A stretch of 64,000 nucleotides of DNA, taken from NCBI GenBank assembly GCA_965208615.1, contig CBDBPB010000001.1:128001-192000 (forward strand). The letters are read 5' to 3'. The notes below the pieces were generated by a model. It ran no database searches and was not told the DNA's origin. It saw only the letters and a list, made by a program, of their open reading frames with translations. Shown piece by piece: positions 9,133 to 17,550 of the stretch; positions within the stretch are counted from its first letter, which is position 1, and each line of letters starts with the position of its first letter. Position numbers and translations under genes: made by a program. This DNA is from Spirochaetota bacterium (GTDB lineage: Bacteria > Spirochaetota > UBA6919 > CBDBPB01).

Positions 9133-12120
9133 CTAATTCTCCTTAGTTTTTCTGAAAACATAAATCAAACTGGTTAACAATAACAAAGACGTTAAAAAGA
9201 ATCCAATAACTCCGTAACTTAAACTCGCTGCAAAGCCCTGAAACCCCTTATAAGAACCTAAAATAGCAATAGTACCAAATGCAAAAATATTAGTCATAGA
9301 TGTTAAAAATATACTCCTTCCAGTATATCGCAAAACTAATACAGGATTATCATCACCCTCAACCCTAAACCTATGAATAATATGAACGCCATCATCAATA
9401 CCAATTCCCAATATAATAGGCAATACCATAATATTAAAAAAATCAATCTTAAAACCAAGTATATGCATAATACCCATCATCCATATAAAACCAAAAACCA
9501 AGGGTATTATACCCAAAATAGTATATTTAATACTCCTAGTATAAAGCATAAGCAAAATAATAATGACAGTGAGAGCTAAAAGTACAGATCTATAACCCTC
9601 CTTAGAGAACATATCAATTACCTCAAGCATAATCATAGGCATACCAGTGAAATCATGATATTCATTGACATCCTTTTCCAGTAAGGCCTCAGCACTCACT
9701 ATCTTATTCTTAATAGCCTTCTGACTCTCCTCTTCCTTTTGCACGTCAACCTTAAAATCATCACTCAATACAAAATCACTATCGCCCTTAAGGTCAATAT
9801 TAGCCTTAGGAATAATCTTAATAGCCTTATCCTTAGGTTCATCCACTAACTCAACTATACTATCATCCTCAGGCTTTAAATGACGAATCTTAATATCATC
9901 AAATAAGTCCCTCGTAGACTCCAATATTCTTTGATCCAAAACGTTCTTGTTAATATAAATACTACAAAGTATATACTTGCCATCCTTTGATATATACTGC
10001 TTTTTAATATCACTAGGTAAATCGTCAAGCCTTAGCACCTCTTTAGGTGATGCCAACAACATAACAGCCTTATCCATCTCATTAGCAAAAGCCATAGATA
10101 AGTTGTTCAAAAGCCTAATATTACGTTCCCTATTGCTGTTTATAAGGCCTATTAATGCTTTAAAAATATCCTTATTGCCCTTTATCATTATGTTACGCTT
10201 TTTCATAACCCTTGAGTCGTCCCCAAAGGTTATGGACGTCATATCAGATAGTTCAAGTATATTATCCCTAAGACGATTTATCTCATTTATAAGACTACCC
10301 AAGTTATTAGACGTTATATTTATAGGCTTTGTCCTACCAGACTGACTTCTTAGCCTTTTTAGATGTTTAAGGTTGATCAGTTGCCTCTTTTGTGAGGGTA
10401 CATAATGATGAATAGAGTCAACAAAGGCTATCATATCAATCTTTGGATTAAGAACATCAGTGATCCTCTTTGCCTTTTCTATTGCAGAAAGCTTATCCTT
10501 ATATTTTAAGCCTTTAATATCTTTATCAGTGTCATCCTTTAAGGCAATGGTAACATAGTCGGGAGACATATTAAACTTTTTCATAATCTTTCTATGGGCT
10601 ATAACAGAATCAGCATTTTCAGGTTCAATCTCCAGCATGTCATATTGAAAGCTAGTCTTATTAGCAAAATATGCCATCACCAAAGTGACCGCAACAAACA
10701 ATACAATTATAATCTTATTATACCTAATAATCAGCTTTCCCGTATTCTCAAGAAAACTATACTTTAAATATATCCTCGATTTAGAGTATGCAGTATCTTT
10801 CTTGTCCAGCCACACCATTATGGACGGCAAAAAGGTTATCATGGATATTAAACATAACACTATACCACTACCTATAACTATTCCAAACTCGTTCATAACC
10901 TTAGCATTGGATAGTCCAAGGGTATAAAAAGCAATGGCAGTAGTAAGCCCACCAACTATAACTCCCATACCTACTTTTGTAAATGAGTTTTCTAATGAGG
11001 TTTGTTTATTAAGTCCATTAGCCCTATCCTCAGTGTATTGAGTTATTATATGTATACCAAAATCCACCCCAAGACCCAAAAGTATTATACCAAACATATT
11101 AGTCATTGCATTCATTTGTCCGGATATAATAGCAATTAAGCCAGCTGTCCAGCAAATAGCTACGATTAAAGATAGTATTACGAATATAGTTGCTCTTGGA
11201 GCCCTAAATGAAACTAAAAAAAGAATTATTATAAGGATTACCGCTATTAAAGCAGGTATCTTCATATCCCGCATTAAATATATATATTCATCCTTCTGTA
11301 GCGCAAACGTACCCCCTAATCTTACAACTATATTAGGATGATCTTTGCTATGGCGTTTAATAAAGTCGTCCAGAGCAAATATGAACTCATTACCTTCTTC
11401 GTAGTCGTTTATGGATATAGTAGGACTAATACTAACTAATAACATCTTTCTATCAGGACTAAACTCCATAATCTCGCCAATAGTCATAAGCTCAGCCATC
11501 TTATAAGCCCTTTTATTAATGGACATAGACTCAGGATTCTTTAAATAATCCGTTATGGACTTTATAAATAACTCAAGTCCGGCTAAAGATCGCTCTATCG
11601 CTATCTCCTCCCTATTGCTATCAATGGTTTCCTGCTTATACTTTCCTGTATAAGTCTTTTCCATATTGTCGTTATAGGCTTTAAAAAATGGTAAAAGATT
11701 AAGGTTCTCAAATAGGCTAACAGAGTTATCCGTTGTATTATTCTTAGCTATCAAAAGAGCGTATTTCTTTATAAAATCCTTGTTTTGCTCAAGCTTTATG
11801 TTTTTTACATACTTGGATAGCTTTTCATTTTGGTTAATCTTATTTGTGATAAACCGTGCAAAAGGTACTGTATGCTTTTCATCCCCCTCTATTAGCATGA
11901 ATACAGAAGATGCACTCTGAAAGTTATCAATTATATTGTTAAATGCCTTAGTCTTTTTGCTATCTGGTAATAGGTCTTTAATGTTGGTTTTTATTTCTAT
12001 ATTAGTTGTGATAAGATAAACACCACCTATAGCTAACATAAAGCTAACTATAACTATAGCTTTATAATATTTAAATATTAGCTTTGCCAAAGACCTCATA
12101 ATATTAGTAGTAGTCTGCAT
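9133..12120 (-). CDS. MMPL/RND family lipid transporter (HpnN-like)
   Basis: Two hydrophobic TM bundles with GLGVDFGIH and GIGIDDGVH motifs and two large periplasmic loops. Confidence 0.92.
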   Translation of the reverse strand: MQTTTNIMRSLAKLIFKYYKAIVIVSFMLAIGGVYLITTNIEIKTNIKDLLPDSKKTKAFNNIIDNFQSASSVFMLIEGDEKHTVPFARFITNKINQNEKLSKYVKNIKLEQNKDFIKKYALLIAKNNTTDNSVSLFENLNLLPFFKAYNDNMEKTYTGKYKQETIDSNREEIAIERSLAGLELFIKSITDYLKNPESMSINKRAYKMAELMTIGEIMEFSPDRKMLLVSISPTISINDYEEGNEFIFALDDFIKRHSKDHPNIVVRLGGTFALQKDEYIYLMRDMKIPALIAVILIIILFLVSFRAPRATIFVILSLIVAICWTAGLIAIISGQMNAMTNMFGIILLGLGVDFGIHIITQYTEDRANGLNKQTSLENSFTKVGMGVIVGGLTTAIAFYTLGLSNAKVMNEFGIVIGSGIVLCLISMITFLPSIMVWLDKKDTAYSKSRIYLKYSFLENTGKLIIRYNKIIIVLFVAVTLVMAYFANKTSFQYDMLEIEPENADSVIAHRKIMKKFNMSPDYVTIALKDDTDKDIKGLKYKDKLSAIEKAKRITDVLNPKIDMIAFVDSIHHYVPSQKRQLINLKHLKRLRSQSGRTKPINITSNNLGSLINEINRLRDNILELSDMTSITFGDDSRVMKKRNIMIKGNKDIFKALIGLINSNRERNIRLLNNLSMAFANEMDKAVMLLASPKEVLRLDDLPSDIKKQYISKDGKYILCSIYINKNVLDQRILESTRDLFDDIKIRHLKPEDDSIVELVDEPKDKAIKIIPKANIDLKGDSDFVLSDDFKVDVQKEEESQKAIKNKIVSAEALLEKDVNEYHDFTGMPMIMLEVIDMFSKEGYRSVLLALTVIIILLMLYTRSIKYTILGIIPLVFGFIWMMGIMHILGFKIDFFNIMVLPIILGIGIDDGVHIIHRFRVEGDDNPVLVLRYTGRSIFLTSMTNIFAFGTIAILGSYKGFQGFAASLSYGVIGFFLTSLLLLTSLIYVFRKTKEN

Positions 12121-12385
12121 TTTTATATCCTTAATTTGTTAGCTTATTTATAGATAATGGCTTTTTATTATGAACAACTTACTTATTTTTTTTATTAGCA
12201 TATCTAATTAAATTAATCACCCCTTGTTTATGAGGCAAGAAAAAAATATTTTTATGCTTTAATCAATTTAAAAAAACTTCTTAACTTAATTAAATAAAAT
12301 ATTTATAATGTATTGTCAAAGGTGTTTTTATATACTAATACTAGTATTTTATACACAAAATAAGTTGAACCTTTGTCTTAGTTTT

Positions 12386-12413
12386 TAATTTTTTTATTTT
12401 CATTAGCCGATTT
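12386..12413 (+). promoter_or_regulatory. Sigma-28 (FliA)-like promoter
   Basis: TAAT-N16-GCCGATTT ending 29 nt before the ATG at 12443; consensus is TAAA-N15/16-GCCGATAA. Confidence 0.45.
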
Positions 12414-12442
12414 AATAATAAATTAATTACATAAGGTAAGAT

Positions 12443-13687
12443 ATGTCAAAAGAAGCGTATAACCATTTTAGAGAACTAATTCAAGAGAATATTAGAGACG
12501 ATAAAAATATTGAATTACAAAAAGGTCTTAATTACTATATAAACAATAACCTAGAAGAAATATCCTCTGGATTTGTACTCTCCAGACTAGAAAAAAATAT
12601 TGCCAGAAAAGTCAATAAACATAGAGAAATAATATCTTTTTTTGTATCTACAGATGAGCTAATTAAGGCTATAAGTGCTCCTTCTCTAACAACTGCAGTT
12701 AGAGAGAAGATAAATAGTAATCTAAAAAAAATGATAGCTAATCTTTCCATCTTAAACGAGGAAACCTATCTTAATAATAAACTATTTAAAGTAGACATTC
12801 CTTTAGGAATATTCTCCACTACCATAAATAACTTCTTTTTCTATTTTGACTACTATGATAATGCCTTATTAGATGGCTATATGGATATATATAAGAGCTT
12901 GTTATTACCAGAAATAGGAAAGTTCTATCACAAACCATCTATAAATAGACAAATAAATACTAAAAACTTTCAAATATGCTCACCCGAAAACTTTCTCAAA
13001 GAAAATGTTCTTAGAAAACCAGACATATATAACGTTAAAAAGCTTATTGAGTCCTTTTTAGCCAGCGTTAAAGATAGACGAAAAATCCTTAACTATGAAG
13101 ATATTATCTTCATAAATAAAGTTAAAGTAGTCCAAACAGCAGTCTTTTTGCAAAATAAGGATGAAAAACCTGTTATAGAAGAAGCTGTTCCTAATATTTC
13201 TTCCATGGAGGTGATTCGTGAGTCAGAAGAAAAAGTTAGAAAGCTAATTTTCAATGTATTAAAAGGCTCAATAAAACAAAAAGAGTATGCAGGTTTTTTT
13301 ATAAAAGAAGACTATATCGAATGGATAGCAAAAAAGCATTCTGATGTTCCAATAGAAAGAGTAGAAACCATATTCGATAATATAACAACCCCTAAACCGC
13401 CTATTGGAGTAACACGGTTTATTATACCTCAAACACAAGAACATAAACAACTGGTATATTTTATTGCTTTAGATCATGTTCCCATAGTCTTTGACAAGCT
13501 AAGAGCCAGAAAGAAAAAGCCATTTGATCTCTCATCTCATATCTCAGAAAGACACTATTTTCTATTTCTAAAAAAACTTATTAATGACTTTAGTAAAGTT
13601 GGTTATACATCCAGTAAAATTGCCTCTATTCTCAACTGTAATTCTAATGTCATAGACTCAATGAAGGAGTTTATTAAAAATTATTAA
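12443..13687 (+). CDS. Hypothetical cytoplasmic protein with a possible C-terminal helix-turn-helix
   Basis: 414-aa ORF with RBS AAGGT; C-terminal GYTSSKIASILNCNSNVI fits an HTH pattern; the rest is unrecognised. Confidence 0.7.
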   Translation: MSKEAYNHFRELIQENIRDDKNIELQKGLNYYINNNLEEISSGFVLSRLEKNIARKVNKHREIISFFVSTDELIKAISAPSLTTAVREKINSNLKKMIANLSILNEETYLNNKLFKVDIPLGIFSTTINNFFFYFDYYDNALLDGYMDIYKSLLLPEIGKFYHKPSINRQINTKNFQICSPENFLKENVLRKPDIYNVKKLIESFLASVKDRRKILNYEDIIFINKVKVVQTAVFLQNKDEKPVIEEAVPNISSMEVIRESEEKVRKLIFNVLKGSIKQKEYAGFFIKEDYIEWIAKKHSDVPIERVETIFDNITTPKPPIGVTRFIIPQTQEHKQLVYFIALDHVPIVFDKLRARKKKPFDLSSHISERHYFLFLKKLINDFSKVGYTSSKIASILNCNSNVIDSMKEFIKNY

Positions 13688-14842
13688 TCAGTTAGGCTTA
13701 CTATTCTTTTTTTCCTTTTCAAGGAACATCCCAAGACTAACTATATATTTAACGTTTTCGTTTTCTATTTTACCTTTTTCTATATCACTATGGCATACTT
13801 TGCAATTTGCCTTACTCTTTACCCTTTCACTTTTAAAGACTTTTTTATCAATATCATTATGAGTCTTTTTCCAAAACGGAGTCTTAGTAATAGCAATTGT
13901 ATTTTTATCCTTTAATGAGCTTAAAACCTTAACAGCCGCCTTATGCGTAGACAACTCCGAAGAGTTATTAAGCAAAAACTTAGTTATAGATTTATTTACG
14001 TCCTCATCAAGGGATGCGTCATCACCAAAGTGATCCTCTAAGTTAGTCATCATAACCTTCCAAGAGTTAGCAGGCAAAAGATAAGGAGGATATAGCGTAT
14101 GACAAGCAATACACTCATCATAAAAGTCTTTATGCACGCTCTCATAGTTAATAGGCGGCTTTGTATCAGAAATAAACATATTGTTAGGTACAGATAGTAT
14201 ATAAATCAACACAATAATAGCCAACAAAAACCATATAAAACCAAAAAGACTATTTCCCCAACTAAGCTTAACATTATTACCTTGTCCTGACTTGTATCCA
14301 TGAAAAATAGAGTAAAAGGCTTTTCCTTTGTGGAATATAAGATCAAATATTATACCAGCTAAATGACCCAATAACAAAAATAAAATTGAATTAGAAATAA
14401 CCTCATGAAGATCTTCAAAAAACTCCATCTCACCAAACCAAGATGAATTTAAAAAACTAAAAATACCCCGTCCCTCTTCAGCACCATAAGCCAATAAACC
14501 AGTAACAGCAGATGCTAAAATAAATAACAGAATAAACACCATTAAAAAACCTGCTAATGGATTATGACCCAAATAACTCTTAGCCTTAAAAATATTAGCA
14601 AGATGGTCTAGGACATCCTTAATGGTTAAATGAAAATCTTTAAAACTAGAATACTTTACGTTCATATATCCAAAGATAATCCTGAACAATACAAGAACAC
14701 CAACACTAACTCCTAATGCAACATGAAGCTTGATAAAACTATCCTCATCCCCTGTTAAAAAAAGAAAAAGTATCATAACAGCCATTAACCAATGAAAAAG
14801 CCTTGTAATAGCTGTCCAAACATAAACTCTATTATTAGCCAT
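13688..14842 (-). CDS. Cytochrome b (Ni-hydrogenase b-type family) fused to a diheme cytochrome c (DHC) domain
   Basis: VYVW..TRLFHW, H ligands, YLGHNPL and LHE motifs, then CIACH...LPANSW...HFGDDASL...CKVCH. Confidence 0.92.
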   Translation of the reverse strand: MANNRVYVWTAITRLFHWLMAVMILFLFLTGDEDSFIKLHVALGVSVGVLVLFRIIFGYMNVKYSSFKDFHLTIKDVLDHLANIFKAKSYLGHNPLAGFLMVFILLFILASAVTGLLAYGAEEGRGIFSFLNSSWFGEMEFFEDLHEVISNSILFLLLGHLAGIIFDLIFHKGKAFYSIFHGYKSGQGNNVKLSWGNSLFGFIWFLLAIIVLIYILSVPNNMFISDTKPPINYESVHKDFYDECIACHTLYPPYLLPANSWKVMMTNLEDHFGDDASLDEDVNKSITKFLLNNSSELSTHKAAVKVLSSLKDKNTIAITKTPFWKKTHNDIDKKVFKSERVKSKANCKVCHSDIEKGKIENENVKYIVSLGMFLEKEKKNSKPN

Positions 14843-15429
14843 TAATCATCCCACTTGCCATAGTTAGGTATTTTTATGTTCTCGTCTTCATAATCCCCAT
14901 CAGCGGCCGTAGTATGACACCTATCACAATAAGCAAGCCCCTTTACCTCTTTTTGCTTAATTAACCTCTTGGGTATATCCTCATGCTCCTCTTTAAAAGC
15001 ACTAGTCTCTGTAATACGCAAAGGACTCTTATTACGAGGTATAGACTCAATAATCTCTCTATAATCCTTAGGATAGGACTTTTGATCACCGGCATTTTCA
15101 CTAAGATATTTTAAAATAGCTTTTTCATCTTTCTTATCTATAGAGGCATCAGTATCAAAATGATCCTCAAGACCATCCATTACCTTAGTCCAAGACCTCT
15201 TTGGTAAAAGAGCAGCCTGATAAGCAAAATGACACTCCGAACACTCCGCCTGATAAAGATCATTTTTAACAAAAGTAGCTCCCCTTCTTTTCTTACCTTT
15301 TGAACGATCATGATCATCATCATATGAATGTTCATCCCTACCATTACCATGACTATTATCATTGACATATAATATCCCAATAACAACAGCCACAATTAAG
15401 AATGCAAATATTATTAATATATTCCTCAT
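14842..15429 (-). CDS. Diheme cytochrome c (DHC family) with His/Asp-rich linker
   Basis: N-terminal TM/signal; CSECH, LLPKRSW, HFDTDAS and CDRCH motifs. Confidence 0.93.
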   Translation of the reverse strand: MRNILIIFAFLIVAVVIGILYVNDNSHGNGRDEHSYDDDHDRSKGKKRRGATFVKNDLYQAECSECHFAYQAALLPKRSWTKVMDGLEDHFDTDASIDKKDEKAILKYLSENAGDQKSYPKDYREIIESIPRNKSPLRITETSAFKEEHEDIPKRLIKQKEVKGLAYCDRCHTTAADGDYEDENIKIPNYGKWDD

Positions 15430-15485
15430 ATAACCCCCCTATTTGTTTATCTTATTGTTTATCTTAACAAAACCTCTAATTATTG

Positions 15486-15686
15486 TCAATCGTCGTCATC
15501 GTCGTCATCGTCGTCATCAGATGAATGCCTATGCCTATCATCATCAGATGAATGCTTAGCCCTATCATAATAATCAGATGAATGCTTAGCCCTATCATCG
15601 TCATCACCATGATTACTACTGATATAGAATGTCCCAATAACAATAGCCACAATTAACAATATAAATATTATTAACGCATTCCTCAT
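15486..15686 (-). CDS. Small exported or membrane-anchored His/Asp-rich peptide, paralogous to the DHC N-terminus
   Basis: First 21 aa are 15/21 identical to the DHC N-terminus; DRAKHSSD repeats; poly-Asp tail; RBS AGAGGG. Confidence 0.75.
   Translation of the reverse strand: MRNALIIFILLIVAIVIGTFYISSNHGDDDDRAKHSSDYYDRAKHSSDDDRHRHSSDDDDDDDDDD
15489..15606. repeat. Three 27-30-bp tandem units plus a (TCG/TCA)n trinucleotide tract
   Basis: ATCAGATGAATGC at 15516, 15543 and 15573; TCGTCGTCA repeated at 15490-15516. Confidence 0.9.
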
Positions 15687-15695
15687 ATAAACCCT

Positions 15696-16118
15696 CTATT
15701 TATCCATTAAATAATGTAAAACATCACCCTTCTCCTTTGCCGTACCTTGCCTTTTGTATACATCCCTAAAATTACGCCTAAGCCACTTTTTTATCTTCTT
15801 TAACTTAGTAAGAGACTTCGGATTAACCGAAGGCGCAAGAGGCTTAATTACCTTACCAGTACGCTTATTCTCTCCATACTGAGTTAGGTCTTTACCATGA
15901 CAAGTAGTACAGGATATAGGCTTACCCTTTTTACCAATATGAGTGCTAGTAAATATCTCCTTTCCGTTAGCCTTACTAAAACCACTAAAATTAGAGTCTT
16001 GCTTCTTAGCCTCAGCCTCTAACTTTATTAGATAGCTCTTTAAAACATTATTAGGAACAGCAAATACACTAACTACCAAAATAAGTAACACCGTTATAAA
16101 AACTAATCTGTTTATCAT
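15696..16118 (-). CDS. Monoheme cytochrome c of the DUF1924 / sphaeroides heme protein (SHP) family
   Basis: Signal peptide; SCTTCH; TGKVIKPLAPSVNP; KWLRRNFRDV; EKGDVL. Confidence 0.9.
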   Translation of the reverse strand: MINRLVFITVLLILVVSVFAVPNNVLKSYLIKLEAEAKKQDSNFSGFSKANGKEIFTSTHIGKKGKPISCTTCHGKDLTQYGENKRTGKVIKPLAPSVNPKSLTKLKKIKKWLRRNFRDVYKRQGTAKEKGDVLHYLMDK

Positions 16119-16176
16119 AAATTAACTTTTCCTTTATTAAAAAAATAAATATTTTTTAGTTATAAAACTTTGTATT

Positions 16177-16208
16177 AAGCTAAAGTAAAAATGTTACAGA
16201 ATTGTTAA
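16177..16208 (-). promoter_or_regulatory. OmpR/PhoB-type direct-repeat box with a downstream -10 element, upstream of the SHP operon
   Basis: Minus strand reads TTAACA-N5-GTAACA (11-bp period), 9 nt, then TAGCTT. Confidence 0.5.
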
Positions 16209-16299
16209 CCAACATTAACTTTTTATATTATTATATTTAGTTATAAAAATGCTAATAATTGTAAGACAGTATTAGTTTCTTTATTGGCAAGCTACTAAG

Positions 16300-16995
16300 C
16301 TAAATAAGCACAAATGGATCGTCTATCTTAAGAGGATTACCAGATATAAATCCTTGACCATACCTTGCACCAATAGAATAACCCATATACTTTGACCAAG
16401 CTATCATACCCTGAAAAAAACCAATTTTCTTTCCATGACTACCAAACATCTGAGACTCATGACTCTTTAGAACCCTAATCCACTCATGAGCTACTTCTGT
16501 AATATCCACAATAAATGTTGGCTTCATGTATCTGGGAAATAAATAATATAAAACCAGTTTAACCTCATGAGGTTCACTGTCCAAAGGCATCTTATGGAGT
16601 CTTGCAAAATTAATACCGTGAGACGCTAAATAACTAGTCGTTATATGATCAGTATGCCCTTGTTTACGACCTGGTGTGCCCTCCCAATAAGGCACTAAAA
16701 CAATCTTTGGCTTTGTCTTTCGTATGAATGAGGCAACCTTAAGACGACTATCAAATGAATCAGCTATCTGACAGTCCTTAAAACCGGCAAACTCCATGTA
16801 ATCCAGCTCCATTAGCTTAGCGGCATTCTCCAGCTCTTTGATCCGTATATCCTTTGTACCACCAGTACCCATCTCACCAAGGGTCATTTGTAGTATTCCA
16901 GTTTTATAACCCATTCTCTTTAATTTTATCAATAATCCACCGCATCCAATTTCTGCATCATCAGGATGAGGGCTAATAGCTAATATATCAATCAT
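16300..16995 (-). CDS. bshB1: PIG-L family deacetylase, BshB1-like (bacillithiol biosynthesis)
   Basis: DILAISPHPDDAEIGCGG, LTxGEMGT-like MTLGEMGT, HTDH, PTFIVDIT, HESQ and C-terminal GARYGQGF. Confidence 0.7.
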   Translation of the reverse strand: MIDILAISPHPDDAEIGCGGLLIKLKRMGYKTGILQMTLGEMGTGGTKDIRIKELENAAKLMELDYMEFAGFKDCQIADSFDSRLKVASFIRKTKPKIVLVPYWEGTPGRKQGHTDHITTSYLASHGINFARLHKMPLDSEPHEVKLVLYYLFPRYMKPTFIVDITEVAHEWIRVLKSHESQMFGSHGKKIGFFQGMIAWSKYMGYSIGARYGQGFISGNPLKIDDPFVLI

Positions 16996-17134
16996 TTTAC
17001 ATATCCAATAAAATTATATAATAAACCCTTAAAACATTATCTCATAAACCAATAAACAAGTAACTTATTTAAATAGGTGGGTTATTCCAAAACTAATCCT
17101 AAATATAATATAGCATATTTAATCTAAAAATAAA

Positions 17135-17317
17135 TTATTTTTGCCGCTTATTCAAAAGCTCTTTATAATTAGGGATACTCCTAGATAAAATATCCTCCCT
17201 AATATCAACAACCAGCTTAGCAACATAAATAATAAATAAAATAATAATAGCTAATAAAAAAAAAGCCTTTATAGTCTGTTTTAAGACTAAAACAATCTCT
17301 TTTTTCATATATACCAA
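17135..17317 (-). CDS. Small single-pass membrane hypothetical protein
   Basis: 60-aa ORF with one hydrophobic helix (AFFLLAIIILFIIYVA); the start may be the ATG at 17308. Confidence 0.5.
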   Translation of the reverse strand: MVYMKKEIVLVLKQTIKAFFLLAIIILFIIYVAKLVVDIREDILSRSIPNYKELLNKRQK

Positions 17318-17550
17318 TGAGTAAAAATAAAATTATAAAAGATTTAACTATAAATTAACAAAGGTTCTAACAAATATAATAAAAAGCTTAGCTTTAAGAC
17401 AAAAATGTCTTATTCTTATTTTATTTTCTTGTTCCACTAACTAATTAAATCACTCTAGTTTGCTTTTGTTATATTTACTATCACATTTGAGTTATAATAT
17501 ATATGTATTTCTTTATTTTATAACAAAGTTACTTGTTTTGGAGTATATAT

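Noticed and set aside
9653-9895. MMPL insertion as a possible intein
   Set aside because: No Cys/Ser N-terminal or His-Asn C-terminal splice motifs, and it is too short and low-complexity
15489-15606. 27-30-bp repeats as a possible CRISPR array
   Set aside because: The units are contiguous with no unique spacers, are in-frame coding sequence, and there are no cas genes
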